A stretch of DNA of 64,000 nucleotides, from the NCBI GenBank assembly GCA_963764025.1, contig CAVXRK010000009.1, positions 600,881 to 664,880 of the forward strand, given 5' to 3'. Shown here one piece after another: positions 1 to 8,246 of this stretch. The DNA comes from an uncultured Acidobacteriota bacterium (GTDB lineage: Bacteria > Acidobacteriota > Thermoanaerobaculia > UBA5066 > Gp7-AA6). The stretch's first letter is position 1. The number at the start of each line of letters is the position of its first letter. The position numbers were made by a program, and so were the translations under genes. Below the pieces are notes generated by a model, which saw nothing but the letters and a program-made list of their open reading frames with translations, made no database searches and was not told the DNA's origin.

Positions 1-1445
1 TCGCGCGTGGGCTTCTCGAAGACGGCAACTTCGTCGGCGGTCATCGGGGGCTTCGCCGCCCGGGCGAGCTGCTCCTGCTTGACCGTCGAGAGAACGGAAG
101 CGGCCTGCGGCCCGCCCATGACCGAGATGCGGGAGTTGGGCCACATGAAGAGGAAGCGCGGCGAGTAGGCCCGCCCGCACATCCCGTAGTTGCCGGCACC
201 GAAGGAGCCGCCGATGATGACCGTCAGCTTCGGCACGGCGGCGTTGGCCACGGCGTGCACCATCTTGGCTCCGTCCTTGGCGATCCCGCCGCGCTCGTAG
301 TCCTTGCCGACCATGAACCCCGTGATGTTCTGGAGGAAGAGCAGCGGCACGCGCCGCCGCGCGCACACCTGCACGAAGTGCGTGGCCTTGAGCGCCGACT
401 CGGAGAAGAGGATCCCGTTGTTGGCGACGATCCCGACGAGGAAACCGGAGAGACGAGCGAAGCCGCAGACGAGCGTCGTGCCGTAGCGGGCCTTGAACTC
501 CTCGAACCGCGACCCGTCCGCCAGGCGCGCGATGACCTCGCGCACGTCGTAGGGCTGGCGGGGATCGCTCGGGACGATGCCGTAGATCTCCCGGGGATCG
601 TAGGCCGGCTCCTCCGGCGTCTCCCGGTCGGAGGGCAGGGCCTTCGTCGTGTGGAGATTGCCGACGATCGAGCGCGTGATCTCGAGGGCGTGCGCGTCGT
701 CCTCGGCGAGGTAGTCGGCGACGCCCGAGATCCGCGTGTGAACGTCGCCGCCTCCGAGCTCCTCGGCGGTCACGTCCTCCCCGGTCGCCGCCTTCACGAG
801 CGGCGGCCCGGCGAGGAAGATCGTTCCCGTGCCCTTGACGATCACGGCCTCGTCCGACATCGCCGGCACGTAGGCGCCGCCGGCCGTGCAGGAGCCCATG
901 ACCACGGCCACCTGGGGGATCCGCGCCGCCGACATGAGCGCCTGGTTGTAGAAGATCCGTCCGAAATGCTCGCGGTCCGGAAAGACCTCCGCCTGGAGCG
1001 GCAGGAACGCGCCGCCCGAGTCGACGAGGTAGACGCACGGGAGCCGGTTCTCGCGGGCGACCTCCTGGGCGCGTAGGTGCTTCTTGACCGTCATCGGGAA
1101 GTACGTCCCGCCCTTGACGGTCGCGTCGTTGGCGATGACCATGACCTCGCGTCCCGACACCCGGCCGATCCCGGTCACGAGCCCCGCGCCCGGCGCCTCC
1201 CCGTCGTACATGCCGTGGGCCGCCAGCGGCGAGAGCTCCAGCAACGGCGAGCCGGGGTCGAGCAGCGCGTCGACGCGGTCGCGCACGAACATCTTCTTCT
1301 GCTCGGCGTGCCGCGAGCGTCCGGCCCCTCCCTGGCGAGCCTTCGCGAGCTCTTCGCGGAGCTCCGCGACGAGGCCTTCCATCGCCCGCGAGCGCTCCTG
1401 GAACTCCGGAGAGGCGGGGTCGACGCGGGTCGGAAGCCGATCCAT
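1..1445 (-). CDS. Acyl-CoA carboxylase carboxyltransferase (beta) subunit, methylcrotonyl-CoA carboxylase beta type. The 3' end runs off the left edge of the window.
   Basis: Minus-strand translation from the ATG at 1445 gives [15 protein letters not shown]...[38 protein letters not shown]...[17 protein letters not shown], which are hallmark MCCase-beta/AccD1 motifs. The frame is continuous to position 1. The spurious +strand ORFs 255..1076 and 1077..1757 are antisense to it. Confidence 0.85.
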   Translation of the reverse strand, partial: MDRLPTRVDPASPEFQERSRAMEGLVAELREELAKARQGGAGRSRHAEQKKMFVRDRVDALLDPGSPLLELSPLAAHGMYDGEAPGAGLVTGIGRVSGREVMVIANDATVKGGTYFPMTVKKHLRAQEVARENRLPCVYLVDSGGAFLPLQAEVFPDREHFGRIFYNQALMSAARIPQVAVVMGSCTAGGAYVPAMSDEAVIVKGTGTIFLAGPPLVKAATGEDVTAEELGGGDVHTRISGVADYLAEDDAHALEITRSIVGNLHTTKALPSDRETPEEPAYDPREIYGIVPSDPRQPYDVREVIARLADGSRFEEFKARYGTTLVCGFARLSGFLVGIVANNGILFSESALKATHFVQVCARRRVPLLFLQNITGFMVGKDYERGGIAKDGAKMVHAVANAAVPKLTVIIGGSFGAGNYGMCGRAYSPRFLFMWPNSRISVMGGPQAASVLSTVKQEQLARAAKPPMTADEVAVFEKPTR

Positions 1446-1453
1446 CGAGAGCG

Positions 1454-1864
1454 TCAGGCCCGCGCGACCTTCGCTCCCGCCTCCCGCTGGATGAACTCCA
1501 CCAGGGTCTGCGTGGGCGTGCCGGGCAGGAAGATCTCGCGGATGCCCATCGCCTTCAGGGGCGCGATGTCCTTCGCCGGGATGATGCCGCCCGCGAGAAC
1601 CAGGATGTCCTCGCCGCCCTTCTCCTTGAGCAGCTTGAGGATCTCGGGGAAGAGGACGTTGTGCGCGCCCGAGAGGATCGAGAGTCCGACGACGTCCACG
1701 TCCTCCTGGACGGCGGCGGCAACGACCTGCTCGGGCGTCTGGCGCAGGCCCGAGTAGATGACCTCCATGCCGGCGTCCCGCAGCGCGCGCGCAATCACCT
1801 TGGCGCCGCGGTCATGCCCGTCGAGACCGGGCTTGGCGATCAGGACGCGGATCGGTCGGGACAT
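1454..1864 (-). CDS. Methylmalonyl-CoA mutase-family B12-binding (small) subunit. It is the cobalamin-binding domain of a split mutase.
   Basis: 136 aa: [40 protein letters not shown]...[12 protein letters not shown], which contains the B12-binding DxHxxG signature. The TGA at 1454-1456 lies 8 nt upstream of the carboxyltransferase start. Confidence 0.85.
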   Translation of the reverse strand: MSRPIRVLIAKPGLDGHDRGAKVIARALRDAGMEVIYSGLRQTPEQVVAAAVQEDVDVVGLSILSGAHNVLFPEILKLLKEKGGEDILVLAGGIIPAKDIAPLKAMGIREIFLPGTPTQTLVEFIQREAGAKVARA

Positions 1865-1881
1865 GCCGGCCTGCGAGTGTA

Positions 1882-2604
1882 TCAGTCGACGAGGGCCACC
1901 GGGTCACCGACGCGCAGCCGGGTCCCGGTGAGCGCCCGGGCGCTGACGCCGATCATGCCGCCCCGCGCGCGCAGGATCGCCGAGAGAAGCCCCGGCGATC
2001 GCTCCGGCGTCTCGGCGTCGAGCATCGGGACGATCGCGCGCTCGCATTGCGAAACGATCTCGAGCAGCGCGTCCCCCACCCAGACCTGACGGCCGATCCA
2101 GCGGTCCTCCTCGAACGGGCGCGACTCGGGCAGGTCGAGCAGGAGATTGGCGCGCATCCGCATCGGCTCGATCGGGCCGCCGTACTGCTTCTCGATGAAC
2201 CGGACCGTCGCGACCGACAGGACGTGGAGCGGCGCCGGATCGCTCGCCGAGTCGGTCCGCGGGCGAAGGCTCATGGCTTTACCCCGCCGCCGCGCGATGT
2301 CCTCGATCCAGGCCGAGTCGACGAGCGGCACCTCGGTGCCGCCCGGCATCTTCACGCGGATCCAGGCCGAGAGGTCCGGTCCGCGGACCAGGGCGTCCAG
2401 GTACCGCGCCCGGTAGCGCAGCAGGACGGGAGCTTCCCGGGAGCTGACGAGGGCCCGGTCCTCCTCGTCGTAGAGGTCGTAGAGCCGGTCGCCCGCCAGC
2501 GTCGAGGCTTCGACCAGACACTCGTCCGGCTGCTCCCCGCCGAGCGACCGCACGGGGAAACGCCGCAGCCCGGCGAGCTGTCCGACGACTTCCGCAAGTT
2601 CCAT
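1882..2604 (-). CDS. MOSC domain-containing protein (YcbX-like molybdenum cofactor sulfurase C-terminal domain family).
   Basis: 240-aa ORF. The MOSC beta-barrel plus MOSC_N-like sequence is recognisable. Confidence 0.65.
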   Translation of the reverse strand: MELAEVVGQLAGLRRFPVRSLGGEQPDECLVEASTLAGDRLYDLYDEEDRALVSSREAPVLLRYRARYLDALVRGPDLSAWIRVKMPGGTEVPLVDSAWIEDIARRRGKAMSLRPRTDSASDPAPLHVLSVATVRFIEKQYGGPIEPMRMRANLLLDLPESRPFEEDRWIGRQVWVGDALLEIVSQCERAIVPMLDAETPERSPGLLSAILRARGGMIGVSARALTGTRLRVGDPVALVD

Positions 2605-2619
2605 TGGGGAGGCGCCAAT

Positions 2620-3762
2620 CTAATGCACGGGGCCGGATTCGACAACCCGCAGAATCCGATCGTCCCCCGGCCGAGGCCGCCCCCGTCCGTCCCGGTTGCT
2701 GGTCGCGACGTACATCGCGCCGTCCGGCCCGAAGATGACGTCCCGGAGGCGCCCGTACGTCTGGAGAAAGAGCTCCTCCGTCTCGACGACCTTCCGGGGG
2801 TCCCTGGGATCGAAGCGCACCCGGATGAGCCGTTCGCCCCGAAGCGTCGCGAAGAAGAAGTCGCCGGCGAACGACTGCATTGCGGCTCCCCGCGCGAACG
2901 AGGCGCCCGACGGGGCGACGGCCGGCGTGTACTCGAGCAGTGGCGAGACCATTCCGGCCGCCGATGCGCGGTGATGGACGACCGGCCAACCGTAGTTCTT
3001 GCCGGCCTCCACGAGGTTGACCTCGTCGCCGCCGCCCGGCCCGTCGAAGCCCGACGGCCCGTGCTCGGTCTGGTACTGGAGGCCCGTCGTCGGCTGCCAG
3101 TCGAGACCCTGCGAGTTGCGGTGGCCGTAGGAGTACACGGGCGAACCGGGAAAGGGGTTGTCCGGCGGAATCGAGCCGTCGGGCTCGAGGCGCAGCGTCT
3201 TGCCGCCGAGCGACTTCAGGTCCTGGGCGATGCCCCGGTCCGTGGCGTCCCCGGTCGTGACGTAGAGCATCCCGTCGGGCCCGAACCGCAGCCGGCAGCC
3301 GGCGTGATAGCGGGCCGCGGGGATCCCCTCGAGGATGACCGTGCGGTCCGCGAGCGAATCGCCGGCGTCGCGGAACCGCAGGATCCGGACGGCCGTTCCC
3401 TTCGGCGTATCGTAGGCGCAGGCCAGATAGACGTGCCGCGAGACCGCGTAGTCGGGCGCGAGCGCGATCCCCATCAGGCCGCTCTCCCCCCGGGCCTCCA
3501 CGTCGGCAATGACGGCGAGCGGCTTGCCCTGCAGGACGCCGCCCTCGATCACGCGCACGCGTCCCGGCCGCTCGGTCACGAGCATCCGCGACGGCGACGT
3601 GAAGACCATGGACCACGGGACTTCGAGACCGAGGACGAAGTTTTCGACCCGCAGGTGCCGGCCCGACTTCGTCGCGACGTCCCCGGAGGCCGGAGGCTCG
3701 GCCGGCGTGGCGCAGGCCGACGTCAGCACGGCGAGCACTCCCGCGGCGATCCGCCGGCTCAC
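2620..3762 (-). CDS. PQQ-dependent sugar dehydrogenase (soluble glucose/sorbosone dehydrogenase family), predicted lipoprotein.
   Basis: The C-terminal 380 aa of ORF 2620..4413 match the SGDH beta-propeller (GPDGMLYVTTGD, YSYGHRNSQGLDW, HGPSGFDGPGGGDEVN). The likely start is the GTG at 3762, giving VSRRIAAGVLAVLTSAC (lipobox LTSAC). This GTG overlaps the RdgB stop as GTGA. Confidence 0.75.
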   Translation of the reverse strand: MSRRIAAGVLAVLTSACATPAEPPASGDVATKSGRHLRVENFVLGLEVPWSMVFTSPSRMLVTERPGRVRVIEGGVLQGKPLAVIADVEARGESGLMGIALAPDYAVSRHVYLACAYDTPKGTAVRILRFRDAGDSLADRTVILEGIPAARYHAGCRLRFGPDGMLYVTTGDATDRGIAQDLKSLGGKTLRLEPDGSIPPDNPFPGSPVYSYGHRNSQGLDWQPTTGLQYQTEHGPSGFDGPGGGDEVNLVEAGKNYGWPVVHHRASAAGMVSPLLEYTPAVAPSGASFARGAAMQSFAGDFFFATLRGERLIRVRFDPRDPRKVVETEELFLQTYGRLRDVIFGPDGAMYVATSNRDGRGRPRPGDDRILRVVESGPVH

Positions 3763-4322
3763 GCGCCGCTCCGGCGCGCGAGTGGAAGCTTCTCCGCCAG
3801 CGCGTCCCAGGCGCGGCGCCGGTGCGAGATGCCGTCCTTCTCGTCGCCCCGCATCTCGGCGAACGTGCGGTCGAAACCCTCCGGGACGAAGAGAACGTCC
3901 CAGCCGAAGCCGTTCGAGCCCCGCGGCTCGGCCGCGATCGCGCCGCGCGCCGTGCCGCGCGCGGTCACGACCTCGGCCCCGTCGCAGTATGCGATCGCGC
4001 ACACGGCGGTCGCCGACCGGTCGGGGAACGCATCGAGCATGCGCGCGAGCGTTGCGATCCCCGCGCTGACCTCGAGCCACTTGACGAGAGCTCCCGGAAA
4101 CCCTCCCCAGGCCCCGACGGCCAGGCCGCTGTCCTCGACGAGGACGGGACGCGAGAGCATGCCGTAGGCGGCCCGCGCCTTGGCTTCGACGATCTCGGAC
4201 GGATCGAGGGCCTGAGGCTCCGGCAGGTCCATGTCCAGCCGCTCGATCGCGAAACCCAGCCGCTCGGCCTCGCGGGCCTTTTCGGCGCGGCTCGTGACGA
4301 AGACGACGGGCAGCGGCTCCAC
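3759..4322 (-). CDS. rdgB: Non-canonical purine NTP pyrophosphatase (RdgB/HAM1 family).
   Basis: 187-aa ORF with the Ham1 fold (FVTSRAEKAREAE...GFGWDVLFVPEG...FAEM). It is nested in a different frame inside the long spurious ORF 2620..4413. Confidence 0.85.
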   Translation of the reverse strand: MEPLPVVFVTSRAEKAREAERLGFAIERLDMDLPEPQALDPSEIVEAKARAAYGMLSRPVLVEDSGLAVGAWGGFPGALVKWLEVSAGIATLARMLDAFPDRSATAVCAIAYCDGAEVVTARGTARGAIAAEPRGSNGFGWDVLFVPEGFDRTFAEMRGDEKDGISHRRRAWDALAEKLPLARRSGA

Positions 4323-4351
4323 GCTCCGATTCTGCCACGCCGAAACAAGGC

Positions 4352-4444
4352 GGGGTCAGGTCTCGATTTTTCAGGTTGGCGGCCACGCTGCGGGCGGAGG
4401 AGTCTGTCGCCACGCGACAGCCGAAAAATCGAGACCTGACCCCC
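4352..4444. repeat. Family A palindromic intergenic element, copy 1. The arms are GGGGTCAGGTCTCGATTTTTC and GAAAAATCGAGACCTGACCCC, which are perfect 21-bp inverted repeats flanking a 50-nt GC-rich loop.
   Basis: Read directly in the sequence. It lies between the rdgB start and the cyclase stop. Related copies occur at 23365-23472 and 36595-36685. Confidence 0.8.
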
Positions 4445-4456
4445 GTTTTGTTTCGG

Positions 4457-6088
4457 CTAGCCGGGGTCGCGCGAGGAGAGGATCTTGTAGAGGGGAACCT
4501 GGGTGGTCAGGCCCTTCAGGGCGAAGAAGCCCAGCTGGGCGACCTCGAACCGGTCGCGGACGGCCTGGTAGGTTTCGGGGCCCACGACGATGTCCCCCGG
4601 CTGCGCGACGAACTCCTCGAGCCGCGCGGCCACGTTCACGGCGTTGCCGAGCACGGTGTAGTCGACGCGCCGCTCCGAACCGATGTCGCCCACGATCGCC
4701 TCGCCCGTGTTGATCGCGATCCGCACCTCGAGGGGAGGATCCCCGCGGCCGGTCCGCTCCCTGTTCCACCCGACCATGCCCTCGCGGATCTTCAGCGCGG
4801 CCGCCACGGCGCGCGCGGCGTGATCGGGCTGGTCGAGCGGGGCCCCGAAAAATGCCATGACGGCGTCCCCGATGAACTTGTCGATCGTTCCTCCGCAGGC
4901 GAAGACGGCGTCCGAGGAGAGCGTGAAGAACTCGGTCAGCAGGCGCGAGAGGACCTCGGCCGGCATTTTCTCCGACCAGGTCGTGAAACCCACGATGTCG
5001 GCGAAGAGAATGGTCACGACCTTCGTCCGCGCGGTCTTCAGATCGCCGGTCGCCTTGGCCTCCGTGATGATCTCCTCGACCACCTGCGGCGAGTGGTACC
5101 GCTCCAGCTTCCCGCGGATCCGCTTCTCCTCGACCACGCGCTCGTGGAGCCGGGCCCGCTCGATCGCGACCGCGGCGAAGTTCGCGAGCGCCGTGATCAG
5201 GTCGAGGTCCTGCTCGGAGAAGCTGCCCGCATGCATCGGGGAGTCGACGTAAATGACGCCGATCACGGTCTCGCCGCGCCACAGCGGAGCGCACATGGCC
5301 GAGCGAATCTGCTGGATCCGGATCGACTCGCCGCTCTCGAAACGCTGGTCGGTCTGGGCGTCGGACGTCAGGATCGCCGCCTTCTTCTTGACGACCATGT
5401 CGACGATCGTGCGCGAATAGGGCGCCGAGCCGTCCGAGGTCATGCGCTTTTTCGACTTGAGGCGCGAGATCGAGAGCTTGAGCGATCCGTCGGCCTCCTC
5501 GAGGAGCAGGAAGCCGCGGTCGACCGGCAGGAACTCGAAGATCAGGTCCATGACCTTGTCCAGGACCGCGGAGAGGTCGTCGGCGGAAATCAGGGCCTTG
5601 GCGACCTGGACCAGGATCTCGAAGACCTTGTTCTTGTAAGCCACGTCGAGGACGACGCGCTTGTGCTCGTCCGTCCCCTCCGGCGGGGCGGCGCCGACCG
5701 CCTTCTCGAGGCCGAAATCCAGGTTGAACTCGGAGATCGGCCGGATCCGCGTGGACGTCGAGTCCACCAGGCGCCCCGGCGGAGGCGGGGCGATCGTCGG
5801 CTCGGGGGCTTCGCGAAAGCGGAGCAGGAAGGTGCCGATCAGGGCCTGATCCCCGTCCTGGACTCCGGCGCTCGGAACGCTCTTCTCGTTGACCTTGACG
5901 CCGTTGGTCGACTGGTTGTCGTAGATGACCCACGCCCCGTTTTCCTTCTTGAGGTAGGCGTGGCGGCGCGAGACCGAGAAGTCGTTCAGGACGATGTCGT
6001 TGTCGTTGGCGCGCCCGATGGAGGCGACGTCCCTGGCGAGGGTGAAGACCTGGGGCCGCCCCTCCGACTCGAACACGACCTGAAGCAT
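4457..6088 (-). CDS. FHA domain, GAF domain and class III adenylate/guanylate cyclase in one signalling protein.
   Basis: The real start is the ATG at 6088 (MLQVVFESEGRPQVFTL..., an FHA domain). A GAF domain follows. The cyclase catalytic domain is recognisable from FADIVGFTTWSE...GDAVMAFFGAP...GEAIVGDIG. The upstream 241 aa of ORF 4457..6811 are R/S/P-rich noise. Confidence 0.85.
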   Translation of the reverse strand: MLQVVFESEGRPQVFTLARDVASIGRANDNDIVLNDFSVSRRHAYLKKENGAWVIYDNQSTNGVKVNEKSVPSAGVQDGDQALIGTFLLRFREAPEPTIAPPPPGRLVDSTSTRIRPISEFNLDFGLEKAVGAAPPEGTDEHKRVVLDVAYKNKVFEILVQVAKALISADDLSAVLDKVMDLIFEFLPVDRGFLLLEEADGSLKLSISRLKSKKRMTSDGSAPYSRTIVDMVVKKKAAILTSDAQTDQRFESGESIRIQQIRSAMCAPLWRGETVIGVIYVDSPMHAGSFSEQDLDLITALANFAAVAIERARLHERVVEEKRIRGKLERYHSPQVVEEIITEAKATGDLKTARTKVVTILFADIVGFTTWSEKMPAEVLSRLLTEFFTLSSDAVFACGGTIDKFIGDAVMAFFGAPLDQPDHAARAVAAALKIREGMVGWNRERTGRGDPPLEVRIAINTGEAIVGDIGSERRVDYTVLGNAVNVAARLEEFVAQPGDIVVGPETYQAVRDRFEVAQLGFFALKGLTTQVPLYKILSSRDPG

Positions 6089-6125
6089 GGAGTGCCCGAA
6101 ATTATATGCGCGTCGCGCGCAGAGC

Positions 6126-7238
6126 TCACTCGGCCCGCAGGACGAACCGGATTCGCACGGTTTTCCGGGTGGCGACCGGGCCCCCGGCCGTGCGGGCCGG
6201 CCGGTAAACCCACTGGTGCACCGCATCCGCTGCCGCCTGGGACAGGCCCAGCGGAAGCCCTCGAACGACCTCCACGTTGGTGACTTTTCCCTTGGCGTCG
6301 ATGGCGACTTCGAGCTCGACTGTCCCGTCGATGCCGGCCCGGCGCGCCAGGTCCGGGTACACCGGTTCGACGCGCTTGAGCACGACCGGCCCCTCCGCGA
6401 GGCCCGGCGCCGCGGGTTCGGCCGGCGGGGCCGGGGGCGCCTCTCGCCCCGCCGTCGGCTCGTCCGGCTCGGGCGCCAGGTCCTCGTCCGGCGGAGGCTC
6501 CTCCTCGAGGTCCAGGATCGTGAGGTTCTTGAGCGCCTTGACCGCGGCCGGGGTGATCGCGGGCTCCCTCGGGTCGGGCGGGATGAGATCGACGGCGGCC
6601 GAGCTGACGAACGCCAACCCCCAGGTCTTGTCCTTGAAGGCGAAGTAGGAATGGTCGACGGAGTGGATCGCGATGACGGTGCCCTTGGCGAGGCGGCCGC
6701 CGCGCGCGGCCAGCGGATAGGGCGCGAGGGCCACGTCCGCCGGCTCGCCGACGACGCCGTAGACCGGGGCGAAGGCGAGCAACGTTTTCTCCCGGCGCTG
6801 GCGGGCCTCACGGTCGGAGTCGCGCTCGATCGAGTCCGCGGGCACGAATCCCCGGCCCTTTCGGTCCGCCTCGATCTCGGCCCACGGCCCGCGGCCGCCG
6901 AACACCGAGACCTTCGTTCCGGCGGACAGCGTCTCGATCACTTCGCCGTCGGCCGCGGGCTGCCGGCGCATCGCGGTGCCGTCGAGCGTCACGTAGGCCG
7001 GCGTCCCCGACGCGTCGTCCGACGCCGCTCCCCCGCGGGGATGAAGGAGGAAGTCGACCGACAGGAGTACCGCGAGGATGATTCCCCCAAACGCCAGGAA
7101 CGGCCAGGCCTTGCCGAAGGAGCCGCGGGGCTCGGGCTCCGGCGCGGAAGCATCCGCCGCCGCCTTCTCTTTCTCCGGGTCCGGGACTTCGAGGTCCGGC
7201 GCGTCGCCGGAAACGAAGGGGACCTCCTGGTCCGTCAT
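6126..7238 (-). CDS. TonB-family energy transducer with an N-terminal transmembrane helix, two SH3b-like domains, a proline-rich linker and a TonB C-terminal domain.
   Basis: The real start is MTDQEVPF..., about 335 aa into ORF 6126..8240, and it overlaps the arcC stop as ATGA. The C-terminus reads VLKRVEPVYPDLARRAGIDGTVELEVAIDAKGKVTNVEVVRG, a TonB_C domain. Confidence 0.7.
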   Translation of the reverse strand: MTDQEVPFVSGDAPDLEVPDPEKEKAAADASAPEPEPRGSFGKAWPFLAFGGIILAVLLSVDFLLHPRGGAASDDASGTPAYVTLDGTAMRRQPAADGEVIETLSAGTKVSVFGGRGPWAEIEADRKGRGFVPADSIERDSDREARQRREKTLLAFAPVYGVVGEPADVALAPYPLAARGGRLAKGTVIAIHSVDHSYFAFKDKTWGLAFVSSAAVDLIPPDPREPAITPAAVKALKNLTILDLEEEPPPDEDLAPEPDEPTAGREAPPAPPAEPAAPGLAEGPVVLKRVEPVYPDLARRAGIDGTVELEVAIDAKGKVTNVEVVRGLPLGLSQAAADAVHQWVYRPARTAGGPVATRKTVRIRFVLRAE

Positions 7239-8209
7239 CGCGAGGGGCGGATGAAGGTCCCGGTCTTCCCTTCCAGGGCCTCGGACAGCGACTCGGCGCG
7301 GGTCACGAGCACCTCGTGCCCGCCGGCTTCGACGAACCGGATGGCGGCGTCGATCTTGGGTCCCATGCTTCCGGGAGGGAACTGGCCCTCGGCGAGAAGC
7401 TTCCTCGCCTCCGCCACGTCGATCGCGGCGAGCTCCGTCTGGGTGGCCTTGCCGAAGTCCTTCGACACCCGGTCGACGCCCGTGAGGATGATGAAGAGGT
7501 TCGCCGAGAGCGACGCCGCGAGCATGGACGCCGAGTAGTCCTTGTCGATGACCGCCTCGACCCCGCGGACTTCGCCCTCGTCGGTCACGACGACCGGAAT
7601 GCCTCCGCCGCCCGCCGCGATCACGATGTGGCCGCGGTTGATGAGCGCCGCGGCGACCTCGACGCCGCGCACGGCCCGCGGCTTGGGCGACGCCACCACC
7701 TTGCGCCAGCCGCGGCCGGCGTCCTCGACCATCGTCCATCCCGCGGTCTTCGTCAGGAGATCCGCGCGGTCCTTCGGGAAAAAGGGCCCGACGGGCTTCG
7801 AGGGCTTCAGGAACGCCGGGTCCGCGGCGTCGACTTCGACCTGCGTCATGATCGTCACGACCTGTTTGCGGAACCCGGCGCGCGGCAGCTCGTTGTCGAA
7901 CGCGAGCTCGAGCAGGAACCCCATCGACCCTTCCGTCTGCGCCACGCAGAAGTCGAGCGACTGCGGCGGCACCTTCTCGGCGGCCTCTTCGGCCTGGATG
8001 AGGATGTTGCCGACCTGCGGGCCGTTGCCGTGGACGACGATGAGCTCGTAACCCTTGCCGATGATCGGGATGAGCTTCCGGACCGCGTCGCGCGCCCGCT
8101 CGAGCTGCTCGGCCGTCGTGCCCGAGTCCTCCGGCCGCAGCAGCGCGTTGCCCCCGAAGGCGACGACCGCGAGCGGGCGGACGAAGGAGAAGAAGGGGGT
8201 GGGGTTCAC
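7235..8209 (-). CDS. arcC: Carbamate kinase.
   Basis: 324 aa: VVAFGGNALL...VVHGNGPQVGN...IAAGGGGIPVV. There is a 38-nt gap to arcA. Confidence 0.85.
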   Translation of the reverse strand: MNPTPFFSFVRPLAVVAFGGNALLRPEDSGTTAEQLERARDAVRKLIPIIGKGYELIVVHGNGPQVGNILIQAEEAAEKVPPQSLDFCVAQTEGSMGFLLELAFDNELPRAGFRKQVVTIMTQVEVDAADPAFLKPSKPVGPFFPKDRADLLTKTAGWTMVEDAGRGWRKVVASPKPRAVRGVEVAAALINRGHIVIAAGGGGIPVVVTDEGEVRGVEAVIDKDYSASMLAASLSANLFIILTGVDRVSKDFGKATQTELAAIDVAEARKLLAEGQFPPGSMGPKIDAAIRFVEAGGHEVLVTRAESLSEALEGKTGTFIRPSR

Positions 8210-8246
8210 CGCCCGTCCGCCGTCTGCCGTCCGCCGTCACCGACCC

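Noticed and set aside
255-1757. +strand ORFs 255..1076 and 1077..1757 at the left edge.
   Set aside because: They are antisense to the methylcrotonyl-CoA carboxylase beta gene and its B12-subunit neighbour, and have R/D/E/L-rich noise composition.
2047-4167. Long +strand ORFs (2047..4167, 2147..2416, 3509..4069, 3822..4439) and minus-strand ORFs 2279..3616 and 3965..4348.
   Set aside because: Their composition is extremely Arg/Pro/Gly/Ala-rich and low-complexity. They lie antisense or out of frame to the well-supported SGDH and rdgB genes, so they are GC-rich shadow ORFs.
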